DNA of 64,000 bases from Mobula hypostoma (GCF_963921235.1 NC_086117.1:24862001-24926000); one strand, 5' to 3'; numbered from the stretch's first letter, positions 11,418 through 25,797 are shown. Translations and numbers: made by a program. Notes: generated from the sequence alone by a model not told the origin.

Positions 11418-14394
11418 ATTTATGATGCATTTTTTTGTTTTTAAGGGTTAATTATACCACATTGAGCTAAATTTAAAGGCCTGCAGTTGATATGATACCT
11501 CTGGCACCATATTAGATATATGACATGGTCATCCATCATTGGTTATATATTTTCTTTTCTCAGTGAGGGAAGACTCGTATAGTGCTGATTGAATCTGTAA
11601 CATCTCAATACAGTACCCATTCAGAAGTATTTTTCCATCCTCTTATGGAAAACAAAATGGGGATAACCGCAGTACTCTGAAGATCTTATTGTATCTTAAA
11701 AAATTGTCTTCAGTTATTTTTTATATCCAAGATATTGCTACATATGTTATATACTGTGGCTGAATTATACCATCTGATTTAATACTCCCCTTCACAGCTG
11801 ATGACTCAAATTTGTGTAAACAGAATGATCAGTTGCTTGAGGCCCAAGCTTCCTTTCATATTGGCAAGCCAATGTGGGTGGAATTAAATATTGGGTCGAC
11901 TGGAATTACTTCAAATAGGATCCCTTTGCTTTGTGATCACTTTATGCAACTCTATCGCTAAATGCAAAGTCAAGCGTCAACCAATTTCTCAGTACCTTGA
12001 TAACCCTGTGTTTAAACTGCAAGTGCAAAGTAGACAGCATTGACCTTTCTGAGCCATGTAAGTTAATTCCTCATTGTGTGAGTTGCTTACTTGTATTCAC
12101 TGGTCATGAAAGTGAAATGCAGCACACACAGACTTGCCTACCCAAGGCAGTTACGCAATTTCTAACAATCTGCCCTCTTTGAAGCATTAATGGAATTGGG
12201 ATTCTTGATCATTGTCCCTGAAAAGGCTCATTCATAAAGTTCACTTTGCTTGTATATGGAACTGGATTAAAGTTAGGCTTTCTGACAGGGAAAATAAATC
12301 TGTTTCCAAAGTATCCTTTCTTGAACAGTGACATTAAATCACATTTAGTTCTTAGCATGCTATACACTGTTCTTGATATTGACACTAGCATTCAATTTTT
12401 CAGTAACATAAAGGAGGTTATTTAGCCTATCATGCTAATCAGTGAGATTGTGGGTTTCTGTAAACTGACATCAAATATATTCCTATGCCCCATATCAATT
12501 AGCTCCTTCAGTGAACAAAGAAAGGTCTTGTATTTTTGCTATCAAAATTAGCAATTGATTCCATTGTAGAGAACTTCAAATCTCTATCCCTCTTGAGTGT
12601 GGAAGTTTTTCCATCATCATTTGCTTTTCATTTTAAAATTGCCCCTTTCTCTTCACTCTCTCACTCAATAAATATCTTTGATCTTCTGTAAGACATTAAT
12701 CAAGTCCCCTACTTTGTTTTTCCTGAAAATTCATTCTTATTTTGTAAAACCAAAAGCTAGCTTTCCATTAACTATTATTGGTAATTTTCCATGCCTGTCC
12801 ATAACATTTTAATGATTTACATCATAGAACCTTGAGGCAGTTTCTGGTTTTTCACTGTCTTTGTGATATTTCTGTTATTTGGAACATGTTGCTTACCAGA
12901 GTTTGAACTGCAAAGAGTCGCGATGGATATATTCCCACAGTAAGGTAATATGATGAAATTCTGTGATACTGACAGATAAGTTTGATATATTACTGCATTT
13001 TTTTTCTCTTATATATGTGGAGATTGGCATCTCCACTTGGAATGATCTCCAGCTTCATAACCACAAACAATCCAGCAATTCCTCCAACACTAACCACCTC
13101 TAATCTACTTCATCCTACTTTACAGTGCTTTGAGACAACTGGGAGGTAGTTAAATTGCCTCCCACTTGGCTGTCCAGTATATAGATTGCACATTTCCAGT
13201 ACCATTGGGGGGGGGGGGAGGAAGGGTGGATAAAAGTGAATCTGTTCTGAAAGATTCATATCCTTCCCAACTCTAATAATATTATAACTAATAGGCAGTT
13301 GCAGTCAGAAAGATTTGTTTTTAAATATAGTTTATTCAATATCCCTACCTTTTTTCTTCAGTTTTGTTTACAGCGGTGTCCTGAAAGTTGATCTGATTTG
13401 CAGATGCTCCTTGCCTATCCGTAAAAGTTAATACCCTGTATAGACAGTCCATAGACAACCAGATGGAGGGCTGAATATTGTAGTGGCTGGAATGTGGATG
13501 GGGAGACCTGCATGCATATAGGTTAACTTTGTTTTTTATGGTTTTCTACACATTTCTAGTATTCCAGTTCAAAATGCAAATAACTACTCTTGGAAATAAG
13601 TTCCAGGTGTTAACTTTCTTTGCCTTTTTGTTTTGATTGTAACTTTGTGCTACTTTAAAGGGTAATGGTAACGTTTCAACAGGCCAAAAAAAATAGAAAG
13701 CAGGTCTGTCAGTTGTTGAGAGAAAATATTAAGGTTTCAGGCATTGGCCCTTCAACTGCAAATGATTTATTTGAAATATCAGCCTTTTATTCTGAATACA
13801 AATACCGTACATTTGCAGGAAAGTCATCCTTGTAATTTAGATTGCCCTTAAAATGAATTGCTTTCACATCAGGTTCATCCCTAGATACATGGGTTAAGCA
13901 CTTGAAGGAATTAGGAGCTTGCAGCTTCCTCTATAACCATCAACAATTGTGCAACTCTGTTTTCCATATTCTGCTGACAATGGACATTTTCTAATTTAAA
14001 GCTGTTTTGGACATTTCTATTAAGTCTTTGCCAGCTTTATTGAGGTAATGGGTAAGATCATTTCCTGAATTAAAGGATGGCTTACAGCCTTTCAGATAGT
14101 GCAACTGAAGGGTGCTTTTGTTGCCCTTTTGATTTAGTTCAGTTCACCTCACTGTCACACCCAGAGATCATGTTGCATCAGTCATTGGAATATGAGTCTT
14201 GTGATAGTTTTCCCTTGTTTTTTCCCTTCTTATGTTGCCTCCTGCCAAGAACAGCGTGGCTGACTGACATCAGCTCTCATTTAGATGATGCTATGTTGCA
14301 AACCACTGGAATTACTTAATTTCTTTCAAGTGATGACAGATTTATTTGTGGAGAATTGTTCATGCTTATGCTGATGATGGGTGCTGCTAACAAT

Positions 14395-14629
14395 CTAGTG
14401 TAGTGGTTAGCATGGTGCTACTACGGCTTGGGGCATTGGAGTTTGGAATTTAATCCCGGCGCCCTCTGTCCCATCCCTGTGCACTGCATGGGTTTTCTCT
14501 AGTGCTCCACTTTCTTCCCACAGTCCAAAGATGTACTAGTCATTGTAAATCAGCAGTTGCTGGACGGTGCAGCCTGAAGAGCCGAGAAGGCCTATTCCGC
14601 GCTGTATCTTTAAATAAAAATAAATAAAA
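14395..14629 (+). mobile_element. V-domain tRNA SINE
   Basis: tRNA-like head TAGTGTAGTGGTTAGC; V-domain-like GGGTTTTCTCTAGTGCTCCACTTTCTTCCCACAGTCCAAAGA; A-rich tail; homologous to 33213 and 49378 copies; ends approximate. Confidence 0.7.
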
Positions 14630-15339
14630 CTTGCAGCGGGAAATTTGAATTTAGTCTTTGGGTCATTTAACAGAAAAGAAAATGGGTTTTGATTTATATT
14701 TAGTACCACCTGGTGAGACGAGATGCTTGTAAGTGCAGCTTCATTTGTTGTCATTTACACTCCCAACGACAAAAAATGGCAAGTTGAAAATTAGACAGCA
14801 AACCATTGGTGGTTTTTTTTTAAAAATCCAATCCATTAAACTTGCCTAACTATTCAAAAATCATCCCTCCCCCCCCCCCACCTCCAGCCCCATCAGACAA
14901 ACATTATATGTTCGTTCTTCTTGTGGTTAAGCTGTCTTTGGTCTGGAGAAAGGTGGATGATCCTCACTTTCCTGACAATTCAATGTTAAATATTGGAAAA
15001 CTAAGCTAGTAGCAGTTAAGTCAAATGAGGAAGGATCATGAAATTGATTTTATAAATGAGTAAATATGTTGAGTAATTTGACATCCTGAGAATAAGGAGG
15101 TATTATCTGCCATTTATATATGTTTACTCACTTGCTCCTTGATGTTCTGTATTGCCCAGGTTTGAGATTAGAAACTTGGGATGAATACCCTAAATTGTTC
15201 TTTGACAGATTGATGTTCATTTAATTCATAAGTAATCTTTTCCTTCAACAGCATTGTCCATGCATCTTTCCCCATTTCTCAATTTTAATGGCCAAAAATT
15301 TGCTGAACACCTTATTTTCCAATGTCAGATCTGGTACAG

Positions 15340-15483
15340 CAGTGGAAACGATATGAGTCATCTGCACCTTTCCTCATTCCCTGTCATGCACTGTTGAACT
15401 TGAACACCCCCTGGTCAGCCAGTCCGCAAGAATATTGTCAATATTAAACCGGTCTGCGGTGCAAAAAAGCTTGGGGACCCCTG
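15340..15483 (-). mobile_element. Second, internally deleted copy of the same hAT MITE
   Basis: Reverse complement matches about 3509-3660 (AATATTGACAATATT, GTGCATGACAGGGAATGAGGAAAGGTGCAG); left TIR reduced to CAGTGG. Confidence 0.8.
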
Positions 15484-18400
15484 TGTACAGAATATCAGAA
15501 TTAGAATCTGCATTTTACACTGAAGTCAGAATTTGTCTTTGGGTCTCCTTAGTACAGTTTTCCACATCATTCAGATAGCACTCCATATTGGGTCATAATC
15601 AGTCTTGCGATATCTTTGATGTTAGTTCTCAAGTTGTGCAAAATAAAGGTTATTTTGAATGGGTCCAATCCAGGTTCACATTTTCCTGAACACTGATCTC
15701 TACAGTAAAAAAAAGACTTGCCAATCCCATTGTTCTGGACCCTCCTAGACAGACACCTTGAATTGGTCAAAGGGAAAGTGTTTTTGATTGTTACTGCTTT
15801 TAACCCATATCCTACAATCTAAATATTAGCTACTGCTTATCCAACTACAATTTAAGGTTGCAGAGCCAAATAATGAATGTATTTTAACATCATTGCTTTG
15901 TATTTGTTTATTTCATAGTTTATGATCAAATTTGAGCAGGTGCATTATCTTGCACTGCCCTCACTCCAGCATTGAGGTGCCCCACTTAGAAAGGAAAAAT
16001 CAAACTTTATTCTCTGAAGTGAAAATCTAGTGAATAAATGTATTTAATAATTTGTGGGTTTATTTTATATTCCTTCCATTTTTCATGGACCAAATGATTT
16101 AAGCCCACCTATTGATGGAGTGAATATTTTCAGATGAGCCATGAAGTTTTCTGTTTGATCTTTATTCTAATTCTTGGGTGACAGATTTAAACAATAAGGA
16201 TAAGATCTTTGGCTCGTGAACATCTACTTGTGTAACAGTATAACTGAAGAATGGCAAATATAAAAAAAAGTGAAAAGTGATCTTTTTGCCCACAACTGGG
16301 ACTTGTTTCCCAGTCACATAGTACATCTCAAAATGAAATTCTGTGAACTGCTTTTCCCATTTACTATCATTTTCTCTGGGTGAAAGAAACACTGCAGACT
16401 AGCAGATGAATATCCCTTGTCATGTGTGCACCCTTGAATGAGATGATCTGTAAAATACCAAATTGATAGTTATTTTTTAATGTTTAAATCCTCTAGAAAT
16501 GTGATATTTGATATGTAGCAAATAAAATTTGGATGGCCATTATTTAGAATAATGGCACATTAAAAGTAATTTTATGAGGTAGTATTCCCTTTAATGTTGA
16601 ATTTCTTCTATTAATAATATTGCTGTTTGTGAGTACTGTCATTTTTGTTAGTGAAAATGCTGTTTTGAGTGTAGTTTGAAAACCATGTTTATGTTGGTGG
16701 TTAAATAGCCTGCACTTGGGTTTCAGGAATAAAGTTTCAGGAAAAAAATCATCAGGCATATCTGTTTCAGATGGTATTTTAAATACGTGGCACTTTTGGT
16801 TTACTCTCTTAAACCCCTTGACTTCAGTTTAGATTTTGTGCGTGACTGCACCAAAACACAATAGTTACAGCCAGATTTCACATACCTGTGGGTGGGATTT
16901 CTTTATTAATCTCTTCTGATTAGTAATCTGCAGTCCTCACTGACAGGAAGCAGGAAGCCCAGGAGCTGCTAATCATCCTGAAGAGGATGCTAGAGAAACA
17001 CTGAACTAACACCCAGAATATAAGTACATGTTATATATGGTGTCATTAGCTCATTAGTTCCTCTCTAGGGAAGGAAGTTAATTTTTTTTCTTTAAGGTAT
17101 GAAGAAACGAATGAGCAGTAGTGGTACAAAATCAAGTAACTATATATGAAAATAAAAGCTCTAGGAGTAAATGAAAATGTGATTTCATGTATAGAAAAAT
17201 ACATAACATCTACTTATCTCGGTTGATGTTGACTGAATGCCCTGGTGGATGAGTTTGATTTTCTTTAAATCATACTTTATTCTGGAATGGTATATTAATT
17301 TTAAATACAAAGAGATGCACAGTGCCATTTTTCAATAGACTTCAACCCATTCCCTTTCAATTTGAACTATAGCCAAGGTTTCTTTAATAATCCCCTGATT
17401 AGTAATCTACAGTGCTCACACTGATGGGGAGTTAACCTTTCTGAACAACATGCCAAGAAAACACTTGAAATAACAACCAATGATACACATGCAAGTTAGA
17501 TAGAATCTCATTAGCTTAATTTATAGAAGTAACCATTCATCTGCTCTGTAGATATACAATGCCTGGTCTCCTATGTTACTGTGTAAATTTGTTTCCAAAT
17601 TTTGCTCAAATTTTTTCCCATTATTCCAGCACAGATTAAAGCATTTTATAGATTTGTTTTCTGTCCTTTGAAAACTTGCACTTAATTTACTTCAATGAAA
17701 TAGAGGTAACACTGAATACTTTATCAACTACAATGGTACTGGTAGCAGTACATTACCCAACTTCCAAAGCATATAAAATTTTGTTTCCCTTCCATTAATT
17801 CCACAACCGGGATAAAAGCTTCGAGCTTTCAAGACAGTAGTTTATCCCGTTTAAAAACAGGTTTCATTATCCATCCCCACACCCCAACAGAATAGCATAG
17901 TTTTAACAAAATGAAGCACCAAACTCTAAACTAGCTGCACTTGTGGTAACAGATGCATTGAGAAAGGACATTAAAGTATATTTGCAAACATCCACGTGTA
18001 AGCTGGGAATGTTTAAGTAGTACATCCTCCAACGATCTTTTGGACATAATCAAGACGTTAAAAGGGGTGCTTAATATAAGCAGGGTAGAAACCCTAATTT
18101 GTAAACAAGAAGATGAAAGGATTTTCAGATTGAAGTAATTTCCATTGAATCTGTATAAAAGTTAGCAGAAAATTTAAGGGAAATTGGATTTTCTGAAGAA
18201 CAATATTAAAAGTGTGTAGTATTACTTACTTCGAACATAAATAGAGCAGTTCTCCTTGAGCCCTGTACACATTCGTACATAAAACCAAATATTAATGGCT
18301 TCCATCAATAAGCGTTGCTTTCAAAATGAAAACGTGCAGAATAGTAGTATCGGTTCTTTAAATAAACGAGGAGGGCAAAGCAATTACACAAAGCCACAAA

Positions 18401-18532
18401 CAATGCTACATACAGACAAAAGATGTTACAGGGCGCTGATTAACAGGGGTCAAAGAAAAATTACGCAATAACAACAATCAAAAGCACGATTAGAATTTGA
18501 GAGGTCGGTGTCAATCCTGCCGCTTTTGCATC

Positions 18533-18696
18533 CTATTGATTCGTAGCATTGATTTGTTGCTGCCTAAATTCCATCCTTGCCTGACGATTCGATTCCAACA
18601 GTTCTTGAAATTTAGCATTTAGGACATCGTTTTTCTCTTCAAGGTTATCTAAACAAGAGTTGATCTGATCGAGCATCAAGTTGAGTGCATCGTACT
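18533..18696 (-). CDS. BBLN: Bublin coiled-coil protein (C9orf16) exon 2
   Basis: Minus-strand acceptor ttggcag|AG; (E)YDALNLMLDQINSCLDNLEEKNDVLNAKFQELLESNRQARMEFRQQQINATNQ*, matching the BBLN motif MLDQINSCLDxLEEKND. Confidence 0.95.
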
Positions 18697-18829
18697 CTGC
18701 CAAATAGAAACAAAGGCGAGGAAAGTAATTTTTATACCTATTACAAGCAGGATGAGCTACAACAAAGAATAAACGTTTACACAGTGACATTTTTGAAGTG
18801 TGGTCAGTTACAAGAATCGTAGCCGTCAA

Positions 18830-19300
18830 CTTACGCACAGCCCCGTTAGCTATGAAACGGGGCAGTTACAGTAACAGATGATAGTTATCCCGAGAGAACA
18901 CCTTGGGGAATGCACAAGGAATCCACCGCACAAGGCCGATCGTACGGGAGTGATCCAGGGAACGGGACGGAGAGCTGACATTTACCTTCCGTGGACACAT
19001 CGTCATCCTCACGTTCCACGTTAACGGCCGGCTCCCCGTTTGGCCCCGACATCACAGCAAAGACCCGAGACCCAGCGGACACCGCTGAGCTTTCCCGGGA
19101 GTTGCAGCCGCTCCGGAACCTGACCCTTGACCTCAACGTCACCCGGCCGGTGGGTCCTAACGTGGGGTGTCTGGTAACCGCCTGAAGAGATTACAACATG
19201 GCCGTCTCTTTTTGCCTTAATCATTTCAGTTCTTAGTACAGTATAATTCAGAAGGTTTTAGTTTCAGGCAGCGACGGAGATTGTGAGAGCCGTCTTGCTG
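18830..19300. promoter_or_regulatory. CpG-rich BBLN promoter/first-exon region
   Basis: Dense CpG in otherwise CpG-poor DNA around the BBLN start; YY1-like CAACATGGCCG at 19194-19204. Confidence 0.65.
18986..19052 (-). CDS. BBLN: Bublin exon 1
   Basis: ATG at 19052; MSGPNGEPAVNVEREDDDVSTE then G|gtaaat donor (phase 1); 67+164 nt = 76 aa plus stop. Confidence 0.93.
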
Positions 19301-20074
19301 CAATTTGCTGTTGATTGATTCATGTTAAAACATCGGAGAAAAGCAACAGACAGTTATTAACTTCAGTAACGACAGCATGTATGATAATAAATAAGAAATA
19401 AATCCATTTATGCTTAGCTCTGCTGCAGCCTGAGGCACAGCAACCAATATGCTTACTTACAGCATGGTGCTAAAAATAACACGATGCCATTGAAAAATAA
19501 ATACTGTATGTTAGTTCAGGAATAAATATGTCAGACTTTGAAAATAATTCACTTCATTTGTATCAATGTGGTTCTGTGGATTTGTTTTCAAAGTACATAT
19601 ACCCCTGAAATTCATTTTCTTGCGGGTATACTCAATAAATACATAACAAAATCAATGATAGACCGCAGCAACTTGGGCATTCAACCAGTATGCAAAAAAC
19701 AAACTGCAATTACAAAAAGAAAAAAAGGTAATTAAAAATAAATAAGCAATAACTATTGAAAACTTGAGATGAAGAGGCCTTGAAAGTGAGCCCACAGGAA
19801 GGGTGGGATACAAGACATCCAAGTTTGTCCAAGGTACAAAAATAATTGTAAGGGCATGTTGTGCTAAGGATATTTGATTCTAAAAGGTTATATAGATAGT
19901 TTGAGTATGTGAGTGAAAACAATGTGGGGCAAATATGAAGTCATGCACTTAGGTAAGAGGAATCTAACCACAGATGATTATCTAAATGGAGACAGATTAC
20001 AAATAGGTGCATTGCAGAAGGATCTTATACGTGAATGAACAATTAGTGACAGGTACATAAAGTACATTTGTAGC

Positions 20075-21470
20075 AGTGCATTTTCAACCTCTCACTGCTA
20101 CAGTCAGAAATTCTCACTGCTTCAAAAAGGCAACAATTATACCGGTACCCAAGAAGAATAGTGTGAGCTGCCTTAATGACTATTGTCCTGTAGCACTCAC
20201 ATCTACAGTGAAGAGATGCTTTGAGAGGTTGGTCATGACTAGAATCAACTCCTGCCTCAGCAAGAGCCTGGACCCACTGCAATTTGCCTATTGCCACAAT
20301 AGTTCTAATGTAGACACAATCTCAATGGGTCTTCATGTGGCCTTAGATCAGCTGGACAACACAAACACCTATGTCACGATGCTGTTCATTGACTATAGCT
20401 CAGCATTTAACACCATCATTCCCATGCACCTCTGTCTGCAATTGGACTTCCGAACTGGAAGAACACAGTCTGTGCAGATTGGTGATAACATATCCTCTTC
20501 GCTGATGATCAACACTGGCGCACCTCAGGGGTGTGTGCTTAGCCCACTGCTCTACTCGCTCTACACCCATGACTGTGTGGCTAGGCACAGCTCAAATACC
20601 ATCTATAAATTTGCTGATGATACAATCATTGTCGACAATTTCAGGTGGAAATGAGGGCATACAGGTCATACCAGACAACTGAGTGGTGTCGCAGCAACAA
20701 CCTTGCACTCAACAGCAGTAAGACCAAAGAGATGGTGTGGATTTCAGGAAGGGTAAGACAAGGGAACACAAACCAATCTTCATAGAGGGATCAGAAGTAG
20801 AAAGAGTGAGTAATTTCAAGTTCCTGGGTGTCAAGATCTCTGAGGACCTGACCTGGTCCCAACATATCAATGTAGCTATAAAGAAGGCAAGACAGCAGCT
20901 ATATTTCATTTGGAGTTTGAAGAGATTTGGTTTGTCACCTAAAACACTTGAAGATTTCTACAGATGTACCACAGAGAGCATTCTGACAGGCTGCATCACT
21001 GTCTGGTATGGGGGGGGGGGGGGGATGCCATGGTGGCTACAGCACAGGATTGAAAGAAGCTACAGAAAGTGATAAATTTAGTCAGCTCCATCATTGGTAC
21101 TTGCGTCTGTAATATCCAAGACAACCTCAAGGAACAGTGTCTCAGAAACGCAGCACCCATTATTAAGGACCCCCATCACCCAGGACATGCCCACCTCTCA
21201 TTGATACCATTAGGAAGGAACTACAGGAGCCTGAAGGCACACAATGATTCAGAAACAGATTTTCCTCCTCTGCCATCTGATTTTGAAATGGACATTGAAC
21301 CCATGAACACTACCTCCTATTTTAAAATTATTTCTGTTTTTGCACTATTTTTAATTTAACCTATTGTAATTGATTTTTATATACTTTTCGTGTATTGCAT
21401 TTTACTGCTGCAGCTAAGTTAACAAATTTCCTGACATATGCTGGTGATATTAAACCTGATTCTGATTCTA
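20075..21470 (+). mobile_element. Rex1/Babar LINE, 5'-truncated and decayed
   Basis: RT motifs [34 protein letters not shown]; 3' end ATTAAACCTGATTCTGATTCT; flanked by decayed CR1-like DNA (about 19780-20060 and 21470-21870). Confidence 0.88.
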
Positions 21471-22390
21471 AATAAGTAGTTAAGAAAAACAACTGTGTCT
21501 TTTTTTGTAAAAGGGTTTAACAATAAGGGAAATAACAACTTTACAGACCATGTGCAGAGTACCCATATGATTGTTCTCCTTATTTATAAGAGATTAGAAG
21601 CAGTCCAGAAGAGAGAATCATTATTCTTGGAAGGGTTTCCGTATCACAAACAATAAGAGAAGTTGTATTTTTATGGAGTTGACGGACAAATTGAGACATA
21701 TAAATCCTTAGGGGGCTTGACAGAGTGTATGCTAAGATGTTTTCAGTATTGGGAAACCCTCAGACCAGGGGACAAAATTACAAGATTACGCGCTGGCATT
21801 TAAAAATCAGGCATGTAGGAATATCTTCCCAGAGCATGGTGAATCTCTGGAATTCTCTACTGGGAGTAATTGGGAGTCGTAAACCCTTCAGCAGGACTTA
21901 AAAATCCATGTTAACCTAACCGACCTCAACTGATTATACATTGTTTTGATTTTGTATTTAAGTAGCTGGAGTGCAGTACTTACCTACTATGCTATTGAAA
22001 CATCTCTTCTTTGGTTGGTACTGTCAAAGATAAAATGTTTCCTTTTTTTGTACTCGTGTAAAAAGGGGAGGGGGAACCCGTCAGATATTTTGGGCCGGTG
22101 ACAATGAGGCAATTCTCATCGAAGATTAAACGAACTAATTGTTGGTCGTGATTGCTTCAGAGCCATTATTTTGATTTCAACTATGATTGTGAGCGAGCCT
22201 ACAATTTTACCTTGCACAACCAATATTACTTCGTCTGCACTGTTATTGCTTCCTGAGGAACCCAGCTGATCACAAGCTGTTTTGTCGTTGAGATGCCGAA
22301 CCGGCATCTCGGGAGGGGTTAGGACAGGAGGTGGTCAATGAAACACGTCTTTAAAAATAGCTCGGCAAAACCTCTTTACGTAACTTAAAG

Positions 22391-22654
22391 ATGGCAGCTT
22401 CCTATGTTGGTGTGGGACGGTATTGTATGCGGCTTGTAGCTTCTAGCAAGGTTTGCAAATGGCAGTTTCTGGCACTGCAGCCTAGCTGTAGATTTCACAT
22501 GTACGGCAGGGGTTTTCAGAAGAAGCTGACAGAGGGGCTCAAAGTTGGCAACACTGCGCTGAGCCTCGCGTTTGTGTTCGGTGGAGCCCTGGGACTGTAC
22601 CAGACGATCAAGCACAATGTTCGGCAGCATCACGCCGAACAACAGTTCACAAAG
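22391..22654 (+). CDS. PTGES2: Prostaglandin E synthase 2 exon 1 (N-terminal leader and hydrophobic anchor)
   Basis: aagATGg start; LSLAFVFGGALGLYQT membrane segment; AAG|gtgaaa donor; 264 nt. Confidence 0.9.
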
Positions 22655-23799
22655 GTGAAACTGGAGAAAGGCGCGTGAATAGGGCCTGGCCGTTTTAGCA
22701 ATCAGCGAAATCGGGGTTTAATTTAGTACACCCGAATAAACTATCTATGTTATAGTGCCGGTAGTTGCAACGCACTGAGTTTTTATGCACCATCTGACTG
22801 CAGTTCCATCATAACGCTGTCAAGATTTAAAATATTGAGTTATTTTGTTGTTTTAGTTTGAAAATCCTAGAAGAGTGATATAGCAATGCTGTAAATTTTT
22901 GCCACGTTTCTGAAGGTCTGGGTAATTCTGATGTGCTGATCAGCAAGAAGATTGAGATTTTCAGGAACTTTATTCCAAGAATTTAGTGCTTCACTGAGAG
23001 CTGATACACTGTCACAGGTGCCCTCTTTCTGTTTATTTTCCCCCTGGATTTCGTGGCATTATTGAAAGGATTAGCAGAGGGGCTCATCCCATTGTTCTAG
23101 CCAGTATCTATTTCTCAATCAACGTCAAAAAAATATTATCTGGTAATTATTATAAGTGCACAAGTCGACTTGTGTTTCTTATATTTCAAACGACTACACT
23201 TCAAAACTGCAATCCATTAATTGGATTGCACTTGGAAATCAGGTCACAATTGCGTGTTTTATTTGTCCATGTAAATTGGTGATGGGTTTCAAACTTTTCC
23301 AAGTGGCTCTAAGGATCCCATTTTGCAACTTTGCAAAGACAATAAAACCTTTTTTTGCTTATAAAAATGTACTGTATATTTGAACAGGTCTGACCATCCC
23401 CAGATTTGCAGCTGAAAAGCTTGATTTTCTCCAAGATCTGGAAAAAGTGATGTATCAATCCTTTTTTAATACTTATTCTGAAATTAATTATTGTAAAATT
23501 GTGCGCTGTATTTCTTAGGCAAAACACAGAAGTAGAATTATGCCACTCAGCCTCGTGCATCTGCTGCATCATTCAGATAGATACTGGTATAGCTGTTTCT
23601 CAATTCCATTTGCCTACCTTGGTTCTTTTACCTCAATTTAGATGAGGATCTCTCCTTTGAAATTTCTTTTGGCCAGAAGCCATAACATCCAGTGAGTTCC
23701 AGAATTTGTCAACCTTTTAGTGTGAAGGAGTGCTCTAATGACCCGAACTGCTCCAGCTCTGGATGTTAAGATTAGGTGCTTTTTGCTTGGACTCCCAAT

Positions 23800-24066
23800 A
23801 TCATAGTCATACAGCACAGAAACAGATTGGCCTATTGAGTCTGCATTGACCTTCAAGTGCCCATTTACACCCATCCTATTTTATTTTCCCCATAATCATA
23901 TCAATTTCCCCCAGTTTCTGCTGCTCACTGGGGTAACTTGCACATGGGAAGAAACTGGGAGCAACTGGAGGAAACCCACGTGATCATAGGGAGAATGCAC
24001 AAACTCCACAGAAGTCAGGGTTGAACCCAGGTCTTGGTTCTACCACCTGCACCACCACACAGCCCC
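23800..24066 (-). mobile_element. V-domain SINE with CR1-like tail (HE1-like)
   Basis: Reverse-complement V domain (GGAGCAACTGGAGGAAACCCACG...CAAACTCCAC) and CR1-type 3' tail; ends approximate. Confidence 0.6.
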
Positions 24067-24954
24067 AAAATTAGAGGAAATAACATTTCTACACATTGAA
24101 TTCATTCAATCAACTTTTTTTGTACATTAGAGAATATAAGGTCTATATAACATGTCCTTATAACTTAACCCTGTTAACATTGGAATTGGGTTGAAATGAA
24201 AATTAAATAGTTGCGTATAAGGTAGAAATATAAAATGCTGTTGAGAATGAGCAGTGTAGTGGGACCAGAAGTCGGTGAGTTCTTGAAAAACAATCCTCGC
24301 ATAGATAGATGGAAGAGACTGAATAGCGCTATCACGTATCATGATTTTGTTAGTACATTAAAATTGTTACTTTGGGGTTTAAAGTGATTTTAATTTATAT
24401 TATCAAACATGCGATAGCTCGACTCAAAAGACAAGTCTTATCTGATACTTGTGTCATAAAGTCAAGTGATGTGAAATGACCTCTTAACAGTAGCTGATGC
24501 CAATGAAATAATCATAGCTCAATATCAGATGTGACTTTGATGGTTTTGAGTCAGTAGAGTCCAAGATAAATCCATTTTGTTTAAGGTGATATTTTCTCAG
24601 ATGATGTCCTCCCTTCCTTAACAGATATTACATAAATGTACTAATTTGAACAAGAGCTGTATTTCTTCCCATTCATCTTTCAATCAACATCAGTGAAAAC
24701 TGATTTTTTTTTTTGCTCATTATATTATTTGTAGGATATTGCTGTGTGTAAATCGACCAACTAGTGTCCTATCTTATGAAAACGATTGCATTAGCTGAAA
24801 ATTGTTTTAAGATGCGTTTAGACTAGGGAGATGTGATATAAATTCATGTTCATATTTTTTTTCCCTGTGTCACTTTCCCCTGCTCAGTGGATGTTGCTCA
24901 TATATGTGCTTAAATGTAAATCACTGCTAGAGCCAGTTCAAAACTATAGGGATG

Positions 24955-25797
24955 TGTCAGAATCAGGTTCAATATCACCAGCGCATGTCCTGAAATTTGT
25001 TAACTTAGTGGCAGCAATACAAAGCAATATGTGATAAATATAAAAAACACAATTACAGTAAATATATGTATATTTGTGTGAGTGTATGTATACACACACA
25101 CCTATATAGTATATAGCATATGGTATAACTTGCATATATAGTATATGCAAATTAAAAATAGTGTAAAAGCAGAAATAAAAGAGTGGTGAGGTAGTGTTTC
25201 AATGTCCATTTAGCATTTAGGAACTGGATAGCAGTACAGTGGTAAGCTGTTCCTGAATCGTTGAGTGTGTGCCTTCAGGCTTCTTACATCCTTTCTGATG
25301 GTAACAATGAGAAGGGGGCATGTCCCTGGTGATGGGTGTCCTTAATAATGGACGCTGCCTTTCTGAGGCACTGCTCCTTTAAGATGTCTTGGATACCACA
25401 GAGGCTAGTTCCCAAGATGGAGCTGACTAATTTTACTACTTTCTGTAGCTTTTGATCCTGTACAGTAGACCCCCCCCCATATCAGACAGTGATGATGCAG
25501 CCTGTCAGAATGCTCTCCATGAACCTGCAGTTTTCAAGTGTTTTAGGTGACAAACCAAATCTCAAACTCCTAATGAAATATAGCTGCTGATTTGCTTTCT
25601 TTATAGCTGCATCGATATGTTGGAACCAGGTTAGATCCTCAGAGATCTTGACTCCCAGGAACTTGAATTGCTTACTCTCTCCATTTCTGATCCTTCCATT
25701 AGGATGGGTGTGTGTTCCCTCATCCTACCCTTTTTGAAGTCCACAATCAGCTCTTTGGTCTTACAAGGTTGTTTGCTATGACACCACTCAACTAGCT
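24955..25797 (-). mobile_element. Rex1/Babar 3' fragment (same subfamily as 20075-21470)
   Basis: Minus-strand KTKELIVDFKKG...EGSEMERVSN; 3' end matches 21400-21470. Confidence 0.8.

Noticed and set aside
19053-19142. In-frame upstream extension of BBLN from a GTG
   Set aside because: The conserved BBLN N-terminus MSGPNG begins at 19052; the extension is likely 5' UTR left open by high GC content
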